Below are positions 16,081-26,167 of a stretch of DNA of 64,000 nt, piece after piece. Numbering within the stretch: position 1 is the first letter of the stretch; every line of letters begins with the position of its first letter. The position numbers were made by a program, and so were the translations under genes. The DNA comes from an uncultured virus (IMG/VR IMGVR_UViG_3300020042_010191) (Duplodnaviria > Heunggongvirae > Uroviricota > Caudoviricetes). Where the stretch lies: IMG/VR virus record IMGVR_UViG_3300020042_010191; one strand, 5' to 3'. The notes below the pieces were generated by a model, which was not told the DNA's origin, did not search any database, and saw nothing but the letters and a program-made list of their open reading frames with translations.

Positions 16081-16476
16081 ATGAAAAATACGTTAGCAGA
16101 AAATATGCGTCGTTTCAACACAAAGAATTTACGCGAATTTACAGACGCGCCGGGCACGACCCAATGGGCCACGTGGCTTTCGTCATACGCACAAAACCAT
16201 GGTTTAAAAGCTTCGTCGTCACCTAGCACGGGAGTAATGACATATTCTAAAAAATCGCTGCGCGGCACGGTACTAATTCAATCGGTAAGCGCTATCGAGG
16301 GGAGTCGCATTGCTAGATTATACGTGCAAGTTAAAAATCAGCGTGGTGAAGAAGTGTACACTGAAACATTCGTAGAATCGGGTGGTGAGTATGCCGCAGC
16401 GCTCGAATCAGAGAAAAAATGGTCACGTGATTCACAAGGTGCAATCGAAGGTATTTTATTACCGTACGTAAAATAA
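16081..16476 (+). CDS. Hypothetical protein with MKNxLxENMxRFxxKNL leader
   Basis: Leader shared with the minus-strand genes starting at 25766 and 26713. Confidence 0.7.
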   Translation: MKNTLAENMRRFNTKNLREFTDAPGTTQWATWLSSYAQNHGLKASSSPSTGVMTYSKKSLRGTVLIQSVSAIEGSRIARLYVQVKNQRGEEVYTETFVESGGEYAAALESEKKWSRDSQGAIEGILLPYVK

Positions 16477-16478
16477 TC

Positions 16479-17012
16479 ATGATACGACTACAAGACATAT
16501 TAACGGAAATCTCTTTGGCGAGCGTAACCCCTTACGCGACCCAATTTGTATGGCATCAACGTCATCCAGAAGATGATATATGGGAATCGGACTTCAGCGC
16601 TGAATCTCAGCCCGTAAAAATGGTAATGCAACGTTGGAGAACCCCGGTACCACACTTCGAATCAGAATACCAATTTGCGTTCATGACACGTGGTGCAGAT
16701 GATGCGGGTTGGTCTACGGCAGGCGGCAACACATCGGCTTCTGGCGCGGTTAATGTGCTTGCGTTGCTCAAAACGGTTGCACTTGCTATACGCGATTTTT
16801 CCGATCAAACGCCTGATTGTGATGTTATTGACATTACTGGAGCAGATGCTGCTTATGCCAAGGGTGAGCAGAAGTCTCGCATCTATGCTGAATTGTTTCG
16901 GGAAAACGGAATGAATACTGGATTTGCTATGAAAGAGTATGGAGGTAAATTATATTTAATAAGGACGGGGATTCGTGGGCGTACCGCAGATGCAACGGGT
17001 GTGAGTTCATGA
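16479..17012 (+). CDS. Hypothetical protein with MIRLxxILxE leader
   Basis: ORF; leader motif. Confidence 0.7.
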   Translation: MIRLQDILTEISLASVTPYATQFVWHQRHPEDDIWESDFSAESQPVKMVMQRWRTPVPHFESEYQFAFMTRGADDAGWSTAGGNTSASGAVNVLALLKTVALAIRDFSDQTPDCDVIDITGADAAYAKGEQKSRIYAELFRENGMNTGFAMKEYGGKLYLIRTGIRGRTADATGVSS

Positions 17013-17163
17013 TGCGGGTCTAGAGCGGTCCTGTAGTCCGAAGGACGGTGGGTCAGCGTAGCGTACCCGGCGGGACGCTCTATATATTAAGCCGGCGCAA
17101 CGTACTAACTTGCTATGTATTTACAACGTACTAATATTTATTTTATGTAATAAGGTGTATATC

Positions 17164-17553
17164 ATGATTAAATTAAAAAATCTAATATTTGAACAAGATC
17201 CGAAAGCTTCGGATCCGGTACTAGGCGATCCTGGTATTGAAGTCAATGTAACCCCAATCAATCCGGAAGTATATGATGTTGATGGAAATTTAATTCCATG
17301 GAAACAAATACCTAGCGATATTGAGAAACGAGTTCAAACTACTCCGGATATGCGTGTTAATACTAAGTATTATTTTGCAACTAAAAAAATGAACAGCGGA
17401 ACTAGTTTAGCTGTATATGATAAAGTAACTGGCGAACTAAAAGATAATGATACAAAAGAATTACTTGTTAAATTAAATAAAGATTTACCAGCACGTCAAG
17501 TTTATTTATGGTTGAGAAGAAATCATATAGGTAAATTAAATAGTAAATTTTAA
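17164..17553 (+). CDS. Hypothetical protein with MIKLKNLIFE leader
   Basis: ATG chosen by the leader motif. Confidence 0.7.
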   Translation: MIKLKNLIFEQDPKASDPVLGDPGIEVNVTPINPEVYDVDGNLIPWKQIPSDIEKRVQTTPDMRVNTKYYFATKKMNSGTSLAVYDKVTGELKDNDTKELLVKLNKDLPARQVYLWLRRNHIGKLNSKF

Positions 17554-17562
17554 AAGGAAATT

Positions 17563-17961
17563 ATGATTAAATTAAAAAACATATTATCTGAAGCGTATGC
17601 GTGGGAACGCCAAGACGGACGACCTCTACCAACACTTAAAGATGTTCAAGAAGCTTATGATGCTAAAGGCGTAGAGGATGCAGTAGACGAAGCCGAAGAA
17701 GATGCTAAACCTGATTATATCGATTTAGATAAAGACGGCAACGAAGAAGAGTCAATGAAACAAGCTGCAAAAGATGCTAAGAAATCAGATAAAGAAGTTA
17801 ATGAAGAAGAAACTGAAGAAGAGTCTGATGAAGCCGTTGACGCTGCAGATGTAGATATGGATGTATTGAATATGGGTTCTTTAGAAGAAGGATTTTGGAG
17901 TCGTGTTAAAGGTAACTTGCATGGCCATGAATATATTTTAAGAGAAGCGTTCCGCAAATAA
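17563..17961 (+). CDS. Acidic protein with MIKLKNILSE leader and DxDxDG motif
   Basis: KPDYIDLDKDGNEEESMK. Confidence 0.7.
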   Translation: MIKLKNILSEAYAWERQDGRPLPTLKDVQEAYDAKGVEDAVDEAEEDAKPDYIDLDKDGNEEESMKQAAKDAKKSDKEVNEEETEEESDEAVDAADVDMDVLNMGSLEEGFWSRVKGNLHGHEYILREAFRK

Positions 17962-18001
17962 CGCCTGCTACCTTGGGCATAACATTGCAGAGGCCAGTGT
18001 T

Positions 18002-18032
18002 AAGAGTGCGTCTTTAATGGCGCACTTTTTTT
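18002..18032 (+). terminator. Intrinsic terminator
   Basis: AAGAGTGCGTC/GGCGCACTTTT followed by a T run. Confidence 0.7.
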
Positions 18033-18143
18033 GTGTTCAATATTTATTAATATGAATAGGTTATTTGCTATCATGTTAGGATTGTTGTCTTTCACGGCAG
18101 TTGGGTTATGGTCGTTATGTAAAATTTTAATACAAGGAATACG

Positions 18144-18290
18144 ATGGCTGCGAAAGCGAAAACAAGTATGGTAAATACATATGCGTCAAAACCAAAAGTT
18201 AAAAGACCTGGGGTTCACGCTAAAAGTAAAACGAGCAAACTTAAAACAAGTAAAAATTACGCAAAAGCATATAAAGCGCAAGGAAAATGA
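18144..18290 (+). CDS. Small very basic protein, 48 aa
   Basis: Hand translation ...KRPGVHAKSKTSK...NYAKAYKAQGK; ATGA-coupled to the next gene. Confidence 0.6.
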   Translation: MAAKAKTSMVNTYASKPKVKRPGVHAKSKTSKLKTSKNYAKAYKAQGK

Positions 18291-19552
18291 TTGGAATTAA
18301 GAAAATATTGATTGAACAGACATTGATACAACTCAATGTGTTGTTTATTGGCGACTCGCAAGTAGCAAGTCCAGATAGTTTTGGACGAGATCTTATACGC
18401 GATAAAGTTGTAGCAGGACGGGTTGTTGCAAAACCTGGGGCTAGCACTGCTGAAATGTATAGATTCTTACGAGATAGCTATGATCCTAAATATGATGTAG
18501 TTGTTATTATGGGTGGAGGAAATGACTCTAGAAATGCATCTCCGGATAGAGCTATACAAAATTTATCAGCAATGTATAAGTTGGCTCAAAATGGAGGCTC
18601 TGTAGTTATTGCAGTATCTAATCCAACAAAAGATTTTACAAGTAATCCAGCATCATATCCTAGCAATGAATTGATTGCAAAATGGGTATCGAGTCAACAA
18701 ATTTCAAACTTCACAATCGATAGCAATAAAATTACACACAATAAAGTATATTTCTTGCAAGATAAAGTGCATTTAAATAATAGCGGACATGAAGCAATAT
18801 ATGATACGATTATTCCGATATTAAAATCGATTGCTAATGGCGAAACAGAACAAGATGAAGGTGTATTAAAACTTCAAAAAGGCTTAGAACGATTGGGTTT
18901 TGAATTAGGAAATGAATCAAAATCCGGTGTTGCTGGGTCGCAAACTAAAAATGCTGTTCGTAAACTTGAAAAAGTATATAATAAACAACAAAGATCTCAA
19001 TCAATTAGTGATACTGCATTCGGATTGATACGCGATTTAATTTCATCAGAGACTGTTAGTCGCGTGTTTGGCGTTAAAACTGATGAAAAACCAATAAAAA
19101 CACCTAAATCAAGCACAGCATCAGCATCTCCAGAGAAAAAAATGATGACATTTCTAAAAAATAAAGGATTAACTACATCTCAGGCTGCAGGAATTGTTGG
19201 AAATCTGCAAGCAGAGTCTGGTTTTGATCCGAATATTGCGGGAGATAATGGAACATCATATGGTATTGCACAATGGCATAAGGAACGTTTTACAACTTTA
19301 AAGAATTGGTCCAAGAAAAATGGTTTAAAGTGGAATACAATTGATGCACAATTGGAATTTTTGTGGTGGGAATTGAATAATTCAGAGTCAGGTGCATTAT
19401 CTAAGTTAAAATTACAAAATAACCCAGAAGATGCTGCGTATGCATTTGCTAAATATTTCGAACGTCCGGCAGAAATTGCACCGGTGCGCATGGCAAATGC
19501 TACAAAAGTATACAATATGTTTACTGCAGACATAATAAAAAGAATTGCATAA
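18287..19552 (+). CDS. SGNH/GDSL hydrolase + PG-binding-like + phage tail lysozyme fusion
   Basis: GDSQ, GGND, DKVH (SGNH blocks); AAGIVGNLQAES, GIAQW, FERP (Phage_lysozyme2-like). Confidence 0.85.
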   Translation: MIGIKKILIEQTLIQLNVLFIGDSQVASPDSFGRDLIRDKVVAGRVVAKPGASTAEMYRFLRDSYDPKYDVVVIMGGGNDSRNASPDRAIQNLSAMYKLAQNGGSVVIAVSNPTKDFTSNPASYPSNELIAKWVSSQQISNFTIDSNKITHNKVYFLQDKVHLNNSGHEAIYDTIIPILKSIANGETEQDEGVLKLQKGLERLGFELGNESKSGVAGSQTKNAVRKLEKVYNKQQRSQSISDTAFGLIRDLISSETVSRVFGVKTDEKPIKTPKSSTASASPEKKMMTFLKNKGLTTSQAAGIVGNLQAESGFDPNIAGDNGTSYGIAQWHKERFTTLKNWSKKNGLKWNTIDAQLEFLWWELNNSESGALSKLKLQNNPEDAAYAFAKYFERPAEIAPVRMANATKVYNMFTADIIKRIA

Positions 19553-19572
19553 TATAAAAAAGGATTAATACA

Positions 19573-19947
19573 ATGTTTAAAAAGTTAATTTCTACATTAA
19601 TGGCTTCTAGAGACCAAGCTCATATATTTCATTGGCAAACAACAGGCCCAGGTGCATATGCTGCACATAAAGCATTAGGTACATATTATGATGCATTACC
19701 TGATATGATTGATGCTATAGTTGAAGCATACCAAGGTAAACATGGAATTTTAAAAGGATTCGAACCTGCAGAGCGTTTTGATGAATATTCTAAAGATGGA
19801 GCTATCAAATATTTTAAAGCATTAGCTACTTACATAGACCGCGTATATAATAAAATTCCAAAAGAAGATACTAACATTGTTAATCAGTTAGATGGCTTCA
19901 AGGATTTAATTTATACAACTATTTATAAATTGGAAAATTTGGCATAA
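19573..19947 (+). CDS. Ferritin/Dps-like (DUF5856-type) protein
   Basis: HIFHWQT...AAHKALGTYYD...DAIVEAYQG. Confidence 0.75.
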   Translation: MFKKLISTLMASRDQAHIFHWQTTGPGAYAAHKALGTYYDALPDMIDAIVEAYQGKHGILKGFEPAERFDEYSKDGAIKYFKALATYIDRVYNKIPKEDTNIVNQLDGFKDLIYTTIYKLENLA

Positions 19948-19948
19948 T

Positions 19949-20341
19949 ATGAAACTACTTGATTTAAAAAATTCTAGACACATCGAAATTTTACGAGAAG
20001 AATTATCTCGTGCTAAAAAAATAATTACTGAAAATCAGCATGCTAATATGTATATGCGAGGCATTTTTAGTATTATTTATCGAGATAATGAATTTAAGAA
20101 TACTAATGCAATGCAAGATTTTATTGCCGGCGTTGTAAATGCAAAATCTACCGATAAAGATGATATATTAAATGCTTTAAAGGATTATGCAAAAGCAAAC
20201 CCAGAAAAAATGCAAGATTTAAATACAGAAATTTCACAAATGACTGAGCCGATACACACTAGAACATCTGCTGAGACATCATCATTAGATGCTGATTCAT
20301 ACCGAGCAGGTCAAGGTCGAGGCGGCTGGCAAGGAGACTAG
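19949..20341 (+). CDS. Hypothetical protein
   Basis: ORF in operon. Confidence 0.65.
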   Translation: MKLLDLKNSRHIEILREELSRAKKIITENQHANMYMRGIFSIIYRDNEFKNTNAMQDFIAGVVNAKSTDKDDILNALKDYAKANPEKMQDLNTEISQMTEPIHTRTSAETSSLDADSYRAGQGRGGWQGD

Positions 20342-20576
20342 AATGGAATCAGGGAGTTGCACGTTTCATAATGGTTATGGATACTGATAAAAAAGGAATC
20401 AAGACCAAAAGGTTTATCAACATAAACCACATTCAACAAGTATACCAACGAGACGCAGATGTTATCATTGAGTTGGCAGATTATTACGAGATTTGTGTAA
20501 TAGACCAAAACCTTGATGTATTTATGGACCGTTTTATTTGAGTTAAATATTTATAATAAATTAAAAGAAAGTTTTT

Positions 20577-20762
20577 ATGACATCACAAGAATTATTTGAA
20601 ACGATGAAAGAACATTGGTTATCATTTGAAGAAAATCACAATCGATTTGTTGATAAGGGTACAAAAGCAGCTGGAGTTAGAGCTCGCAAATCAATCAATG
20701 AATTAAAAAAATTATCAAGCAAATATCGATCAACGCAATTAGCTGAATCAAAAGTTAAGTAA
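20577..20762 (+). CDS. Bacteroidetes histone H1-like (Hc1-type) protein
   Basis: KGTKAAGVRARK motif. Confidence 0.75.
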   Translation: MTSQELFETMKEHWLSFEENHNRFVDKGTKAAGVRARKSINELKKLSSKYRSTQLAESKVK

Positions 20763-20763
20763 C

Positions 20764-21813
20764 ATGAAAAAGAATGCTTTAGAACATATAATACGTACCA
20801 CACTCAATCAATTGGTAAAAGAGCAAGCGGATACGCAGCCAGCAGCAATTGAAACTGATAATGCACCTTCTAGTGCAGTAGATTCACCATTTACTCCAGC
20901 AGAAGAAAGATTTTTAGGTAAATTTGATGCATATGGTACAACTCATTTAGGTATTATATATTCTCCATCAATAACTGGCATTCGTGAATTTATTACCAGG
21001 AGCGGCAAAGACTTGAATGTTACTCCTGGTATTTTACTTAAACTGTTTCGCAAAAAAATTATTAAATTAGTTCCATACTCTGGCTTTGGTCGCAATGATG
21101 ATTATACAATTGAATTGCAATTATCATTGGATGATGTTAAAGGTTTAGGAGCTGCCGATAAAGAAAAGGCTGAAAAAGGTGCTTCAGCATCTGGCGCACC
21201 TATGGGCGGCGGTGATATGGGAGCAGCAGCTCCGCCGGCAGAAAATGCCGGTTTCGTGCCTAAAGGTAATGTACTTAAAGAAACAATATTATCTGAAAAT
21301 AAAATAACTGTTGATCAGTTACAACAAGGTTTTATGTTTTGGACAACTTTAAGTGTTGAATTACCAAGTGGCATGTTCTCTGATTGGGATGAAGAAAAAA
21401 TTCTAAAAATAATTAAAACTATTAAAAATGCGAATCAAGCTATATTAATTGATGCAGTCGGCCGATTAATTTTTGATTCAATTAACTCATCTAAATATAC
21501 AGATCAAGCTAACAATGTATTAGAAAAAATATTTGGTACTAGTAGATATCCGCAAATACCTAAAATTAGAGGCGAATGGATTTACACTTTAAAACGATTA
21601 TTTGAAAATTCATCTTTTAATAGTTTTGTAATTAACGATATGGGGCGATTTAGTGATATTAACAAACAATTTATAACATTATTATATAATCGAGGAATAG
21701 GACGATTACAAACAACAACTGGTTTAAGTAAATTCTATCCATCTTATAGTACACAAACGATGTGGACTCAATATATGGAAGTATTAAATACATACGGTAA
21801 AACTGAAAAATAA
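20764..21813 (+). CDS. Hypothetical protein (LVKE/ILSE motifs, Gly/Ala linker)
   Basis: 349-aa ORF. Confidence 0.7.
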   Translation: MKKNALEHIIRTTLNQLVKEQADTQPAAIETDNAPSSAVDSPFTPAEERFLGKFDAYGTTHLGIIYSPSITGIREFITRSGKDLNVTPGILLKLFRKKIIKLVPYSGFGRNDDYTIELQLSLDDVKGLGAADKEKAEKGASASGAPMGGGDMGAAAPPAENAGFVPKGNVLKETILSENKITVDQLQQGFMFWTTLSVELPSGMFSDWDEEKILKIIKTIKNANQAILIDAVGRLIFDSINSSKYTDQANNVLEKIFGTSRYPQIPKIRGEWIYTLKRLFENSSFNSFVINDMGRFSDINKQFITLLYNRGIGRLQTTTGLSKFYPSYSTQTMWTQYMEVLNTYGKTEK

Positions 21814-21876
21814 TTTTGAATTGCTAATTATTTTTCATATTATACATATATAAAATAAATCTTTAAATTTTAACAA

Positions 21877-22086
21877 ATGAGTTATTATATTGCAAAAATC
21901 CAATTAACGGATGCGGTTGACACACCTAAAGGTCCAAAAGAAAAGAAAGTTACAGAGACTTATTTAGTAGAAGCTCTTTCAGTAACTGAAGCAGAAGCAA
22001 AAGTAGTAAATGATTTCCAAGGTTATACCATGGATTTCGAAGTTAAATCAGTTTCTGCAAGTAAAATCATTAAAATTATTGAATAA
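21877..22086 (+). CDS. DUF4494-like protein
   Basis: KKVTETYLVEALSVTEAEA...FEV. Confidence 0.8.
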   Translation: MSYYIAKIQLTDAVDTPKGPKEKKVTETYLVEALSVTEAEAKVVNDFQGYTMDFEVKSVSASKIIKIIE

Positions 22087-22385
22087 TGGCATATAAAGCT
22101 GGAGACGAAGTAATCGTGACATCTGAAGGTGTTAATCGAGTAGGTGTGGTCTTAGATCGCCGAATTATTAATAAGTCATCAGTATATGATGTATTATTAG
22201 AAAATCGAAGTGCATTGGTTATGTTGAATACCTCACAAAACGCACGAAATTTTATTAATAGAACTCTTACTGAAAGATTATGTACTAGTGGACAAATTCA
22301 ATCTACAATTCCTTATAAGGATTTAGTAGCAAACGAACAAATTCCACATCTAGATGCAAACTCTGCAGGTAAAGCTTCTTGGTAA
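22086..22385 (+). CDS. Hypothetical protein
   Basis: Coupled ORF. Confidence 0.65.
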   Translation: MAYKAGDEVIVTSEGVNRVGVVLDRRIINKSSVYDVLLENRSALVMLNTSQNARNFINRTLTERLCTSGQIQSTIPYKDLVANEQIPHLDANSAGKASW

Positions 22386-22404
22386 TCGTATAAATTATAA
22401 TAAT

Positions 22405-23067
22405 ATGGATGTTAATGAATTAACAAATCAAATTCTAAACAATCTGCAGAATACAGATGATCAATATCAACGTTGGGATTCTTTAGAATCAACCGATCCA
22501 GAATACATGATGTATCATCCAGCGCCAGTTGGTTATAATACAACTGCTGAGCAACGTTATCTGATGCAAAATTTATTAGTAGGATTTAGTGGCGGATCTT
22601 TATTGGATATCGGTGCAGGCCGGTGTGATTTGTATGACGTAGCTCGCGAAATAGCTGCGTTAAACAATGACACTGTAGCATATAATGCCATAGACCATAA
22701 TCCTATTATGACTGCATTAGGCGAACAAAAATGGGGCTTAAATGGAATTATTGTAGGTGCATTTGAAACTGCTAAATTTAATCCACACGAATGGGTTGTT
22801 GCCTCAGGCGTATTTACACAGCGTCGTTGCGAAACAGAAGATGCAGACTTACAAAAACTATTTGAAGATATTGATATTCTTTACAACACTGCAACTAGTG
22901 TAGTATCATTCAATCTTCTTTCTCCAATCAACACTACACATCATGAAGGATTCTTTTATGTACATCCTGGATTGATGTTGGACATGTTGATTGAAAAATA
23001 TCAAAACGTTGTGTTGCGACATAACTATTCACCAGATGTATATACAATATTAATTTATAAATTTTAA
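22405..23067 (+). CDS. Class I SAM-dependent methyltransferase
   Basis: LLDIGAGRCD, AID, VVASGVF motifs. Confidence 0.75.
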   Translation: MDVNELTNQILNNLQNTDDQYQRWDSLESTDPEYMMYHPAPVGYNTTAEQRYLMQNLLVGFSGGSLLDIGAGRCDLYDVAREIAALNNDTVAYNAIDHNPIMTALGEQKWGLNGIIVGAFETAKFNPHEWVVASGVFTQRRCETEDADLQKLFEDIDILYNTATSVVSFNLLSPINTTHHEGFFYVHPGLMLDMLIEKYQNVVLRHNYSPDVYTILIYKF

Positions 23068-23073
23068 AAAACA

Positions 23074-23466
23074 ATGTTAAAAAGTATTAATCAACCATGG
23101 GCAATTTCTGAAAAATATGCTAATCGATATGGAGAAACATGGACCAAACTAGATTTTGTATTTGAAGATAAAATTTCAGAAGAAAATTTTAAAACAGATC
23201 CGATGAATTGCACAATTGGAACTTTGCACGTAGCAGGTCAAAAAATTGTAATGCGTTATAAAGATTTAATTTCTTATGCAAAGACAATAGAAACAATGAC
23301 TGTTAACATGTATGCTTCTAGACCATCTAAAACGGATACATTTGCAGTAGATATTAAAGGCCGCACCGTAATGTTAGCAAAACATGAAGTTGGTAAATTA
23401 AATGAAACTATTGCAGAAGCATATCATTCAACCCTACGTGGATATGAATTAGGACTATATTTATAA
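23074..23466 (+). CDS. Hypothetical protein
   Basis: ORF in operon. Confidence 0.65.
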   Translation: MLKSINQPWAISEKYANRYGETWTKLDFVFEDKISEENFKTDPMNCTIGTLHVAGQKIVMRYKDLISYAKTIETMTVNMYASRPSKTDTFAVDIKGRTVMLAKHEVGKLNETIAEAYHSTLRGYELGLYL

Positions 23467-23484
23467 TTAAATAAAAGGTCCACT

Positions 23485-23661
23485 ATGATCTACATTTTTC
23501 ATTATAAATCAGATACGAAATGTGAACCAATTGGTCGTGTAATGGCAACGAGTTTGGACGAGGCACGAGAAATGATATCGGAAATGAAAGCACTTTCCGA
23601 AGATTTAATCGATGAATTGTTTGTAATTAAAAGGCTTAATGATCATGAGGACGACATTTGA
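23485..23661 (+). CDS. Hypothetical protein, 58 aa
   Basis: Hand translation; fills the intergenic gap. Confidence 0.55.
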   Translation: MIYIFHYKSDTKCEPIGRVMATSLDEAREMISEMKALSEDLIDELFVIKRLNDHEDDI

Positions 23662-24079
23662 TAATATTTTTGTTAGCAAATTTGAATACAATTATTTTGC
23701 ACAATTGGATTCTGTAGATCAATTGAATTATTTCTTTGATATGTATGCTGCATCAGTTTCTACAAAAAAGAATTTGGATCTTTCTGAATTTTTTGGCAGT
23801 ATCAAGGATGCTATACAAGATAATTCGATATCAGAAAAAGATGAATATGATGTACCTAGAGATGCTGATCGTGTTGATGTAATGATTGACGATCAAAACA
23901 TTTTGATTGAATCAAATAGTTTAAAGGCAACTAAACACATTGCTTTGCAATTTATAGAAGCAGGTTATATTTTGTCTCGAGACAAAAACATGGAAAAAAT
24001 GTTTCGCAAAGACAAAGTAACTAGGTACATTCGCATCTTTAAAATAATCAATCAAGTATCAACATTATGTCTTAATTAA
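23639..24079 (+). CDS. Hypothetical protein
   Basis: ORF in operon. Confidence 0.65.
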   Translation: MIMRTTFDNIFVSKFEYNYFAQLDSVDQLNYFFDMYAASVSTKKNLDLSEFFGSIKDAIQDNSISEKDEYDVPRDADRVDVMIDDQNILIESNSLKATKHIALQFIEAGYILSRDKNMEKMFRKDKVTRYIRIFKIINQVSTLCLN

Positions 24080-24639
24080 TGGCAAAAAAATCAAACGTTC
24101 CTGATAGCGTTCAAAAACAATTTGAAAAGCCTCAATTCAAAATAGGAGATCCAGTATTCTTTACGTGGTTAGGTTCTAAAAAATATGGTTATGTTACAAC
24201 ATTTAAAACAGTGGGTTGGGGCGTTCAATATACGGTTGAAGAAGACAATGTACGCTATCCTTGCGGCATTGAAATTAAAACCCACAAAACAACGTATACA
24301 ACAGGATACATCCGTTACGACGAAACAAGAGCTATTGGACAAGATGAGCTCATTAAACGCATCCAAACCGGACACTCAAGCACTTATTCAGAGCTTTTTA
24401 TCGACACCCGAAGGACAACGGTACAAAGCGGAAGCAAGTCTGCAACTAGCAAACGCATATCTACAAAGAATACTAAAGGAATTAAATCAACCGAACCTAT
24501 CGATGCGGGAGAACATGTTATACAATCTAGCTCTAATGGAAATACTAAAGGAGTTAGAAAAAAACGAGGAAATCATGAACTCGACGACGCAATACAACGA
24601 CAACGAGATTTTTTAAATGGGTTTGTAAAAAAAGATTGA
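24079..24639 (+). CDS. Hypothetical protein, SH3-like N-terminus and basic tail
   Basis: FKIGDPVFF...GYV. Confidence 0.6.
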   Translation: MAKKSNVPDSVQKQFEKPQFKIGDPVFFTWLGSKKYGYVTTFKTVGWGVQYTVEEDNVRYPCGIEIKTHKTTYTTGYIRYDETRAIGQDELIKRIQTGHSSTYSELFIDTRRTTVQSGSKSATSKRISTKNTKGIKSTEPIDAGEHVIQSSSNGNTKGVRKKRGNHELDDAIQRQRDFLNGFVKKD

Positions 24640-24736
24640 TTTTTTAAACTTTTATTTTTTATTGGTTGGATTGTACTAACTTATTTTATATATTATTAAT
24701 ATAATTAACCAGTTAATCATTTAAAAAATAAGAGAC

Positions 24737-25123
24737 ATGAAACGTTTATTTCTTTCCGCTATTTTTGCAATCATTGCACTTGCAAGTAATGCTCAAGAAG
24801 TTATTGCAGTAAAAGTAACCGAATATCGTTTAACAGTTTTTACTGATACAAATTCTAGACAAAGTGAATTTATTCCGTATACAGCAACTTACTTTTTTGA
24901 TATAGATAATAATATTATTACATCGTTTATTAATGGCAATGTTGTTACAAAGAGTGTATTTACATGTGACATTACTGATGAAGACGGCGTTCGTATTGTT
25001 GGGTTTACATACAATGACTCTCCGCATTTTTCTTGGATAATTAATTTAACTACTCGAGAAATTACATATCGCGAAGGATACATGACGGAAGATTGGTTGT
25101 TTGAATTTGTAGCAAAATTTTAA
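24737..25123 (+). CDS. Secreted protein (signal peptide followed by Gln)
   Basis: MKRLFLSAIFAIIALASNA-Q. Confidence 0.7.
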   Translation: MKRLFLSAIFAIIALASNAQEVIAVKVTEYRLTVFTDTNSRQSEFIPYTATYFFDIDNNIITSFINGNVVTKSVFTCDITDEDGVRIVGFTYNDSPHFSWIINLTTREITYREGYMTEDWLFEFVAKF

Positions 25124-25127
25124 ATAT

Positions 25128-25157
25128 AAAAAATGGGGTAGCTTAACTACCCCATTA
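25128..25157. terminator. Terminator-like hairpin between convergent genes
   Basis: AATGGGGTAG/CTACCCCATT. Confidence 0.75.
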
Positions 25158-25175
25158 CTACTATTTAATATGTTA

Positions 25176-25766
25176 TTACATTCCTGGTTTCGGTGCGCCT
25201 GGTGATTGTGGATTTGGAGTAGTGGCTGGAATGCCTTGTGGAAATGCAGTTGCAAATGCTTTTTCGAAAGTTGGAATAAACCAATTTACTACCCAATTAT
25301 CTGTTTTAGAATTAGCTATTACATTTTTTTGAATTGCATCAAAATTTGCCCAACCGCCTTTTTGTTTAACCATTGATATACCTTCCGGTGTTTTTGCAGC
25401 AGCAGACAATAAACGTTTGATATCCATTACTTTGTTGCCACTTGCTTTCAAAATTTGTGGAGTAATTCCTTTTTGTGCTAATAATAACAATACATCTGCA
25501 TATAGAGCTCGTAACGTTGCAATTGTAGATGCATCATTCATTTTATCAAATCTACCAGCTGCAGCTGCAGCAGCTTCATTCCATGGCGCCGCATTTCCTA
25601 GATACGATGTATTTAAATGATTTGCATCTTTAAATGGGAATTTATATGTAATGCCATTAATTACAACATCTTCATTTAATGCAGTTTCATGAATCTTTTT
25701 GATATCAGATTCTTTTAGATTTTTTACTCCGAATCGAAGCATGTTTTCTGCTAAGGTATTTTTCAT
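25176..25766 (-). CDS. Hypothetical protein with MKNTLAENMLRFGVKNL leader
   Basis: Leader family; upstream ATATTTAT on the minus strand. Confidence 0.75.
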   Translation of the reverse strand: MKNTLAENMLRFGVKNLKESDIKKIHETALNEDVVINGITYKFPFKDANHLNTSYLGNAAPWNEAAAAAAGRFDKMNDASTIATLRALYADVLLLLAQKGITPQILKASGNKVMDIKRLLSAAAKTPEGISMVKQKGGWANFDAIQKNVIANSKTDNWVVNWFIPTFEKAFATAFPQGIPATTPNPQSPGAPKPGM

Positions 25767-25877
25767 TGTTTCCTAATTATAGTTCTAAACTTTTTTATAT
25801 AAATATTTGGATTCTTGAAAAAGATATCTTATTATAGTAATATAATTAAATAGTTAAATAATTAAAAAGTAAAAGTT

Positions 25878-26090
25878 ATGAAAAAAGTATTGTCTATTGC
25901 AAATGTAGTTATTGTTAATATTACATTAGTAATTACCTTTCTAGAATTATTCAATCCGTTTAATCGTACCATTGGATTCATGATAACAAGGCCAGAATGG
26001 TTCTTTTCGCCAAGTCCAATTTATAATATTGTAATGATTGGTTGTTTATTGGGTTTGATTACATTTAATCTTAAATTGATTAAAAAATAA
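25878..26090 (+). CDS. Two-TM membrane protein
   Basis: Two hydrophobic helices. Confidence 0.6.
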   Translation: MKKVLSIANVVIVNITLVITFLELFNPFNRTIGFMITRPEWFFSPSPIYNIVMIGCLLGLITFNLKLIKK

Positions 26091-26108
26091 AAATTAGTTA
26101 TTAAACAT

Positions 26109-26141
26109 AAAAAATGGGGTAGTTATTAAGCTACCCCATTA
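26109..26141. terminator. Terminator-like hairpin between convergent genes
   Basis: AATGGGGTAG/CTACCCCATT, same arms as at 25128. Confidence 0.75.
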
Positions 26142-26167
26142 ATAATATTTATATAAACTGGTAAAAT

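Noticed and set aside
17011..17100. tRNA or hammerhead ribozyme
   Set aside because: No T-loop/anticodon cloverleaf and no CUGANGA/GAAA core on either strand
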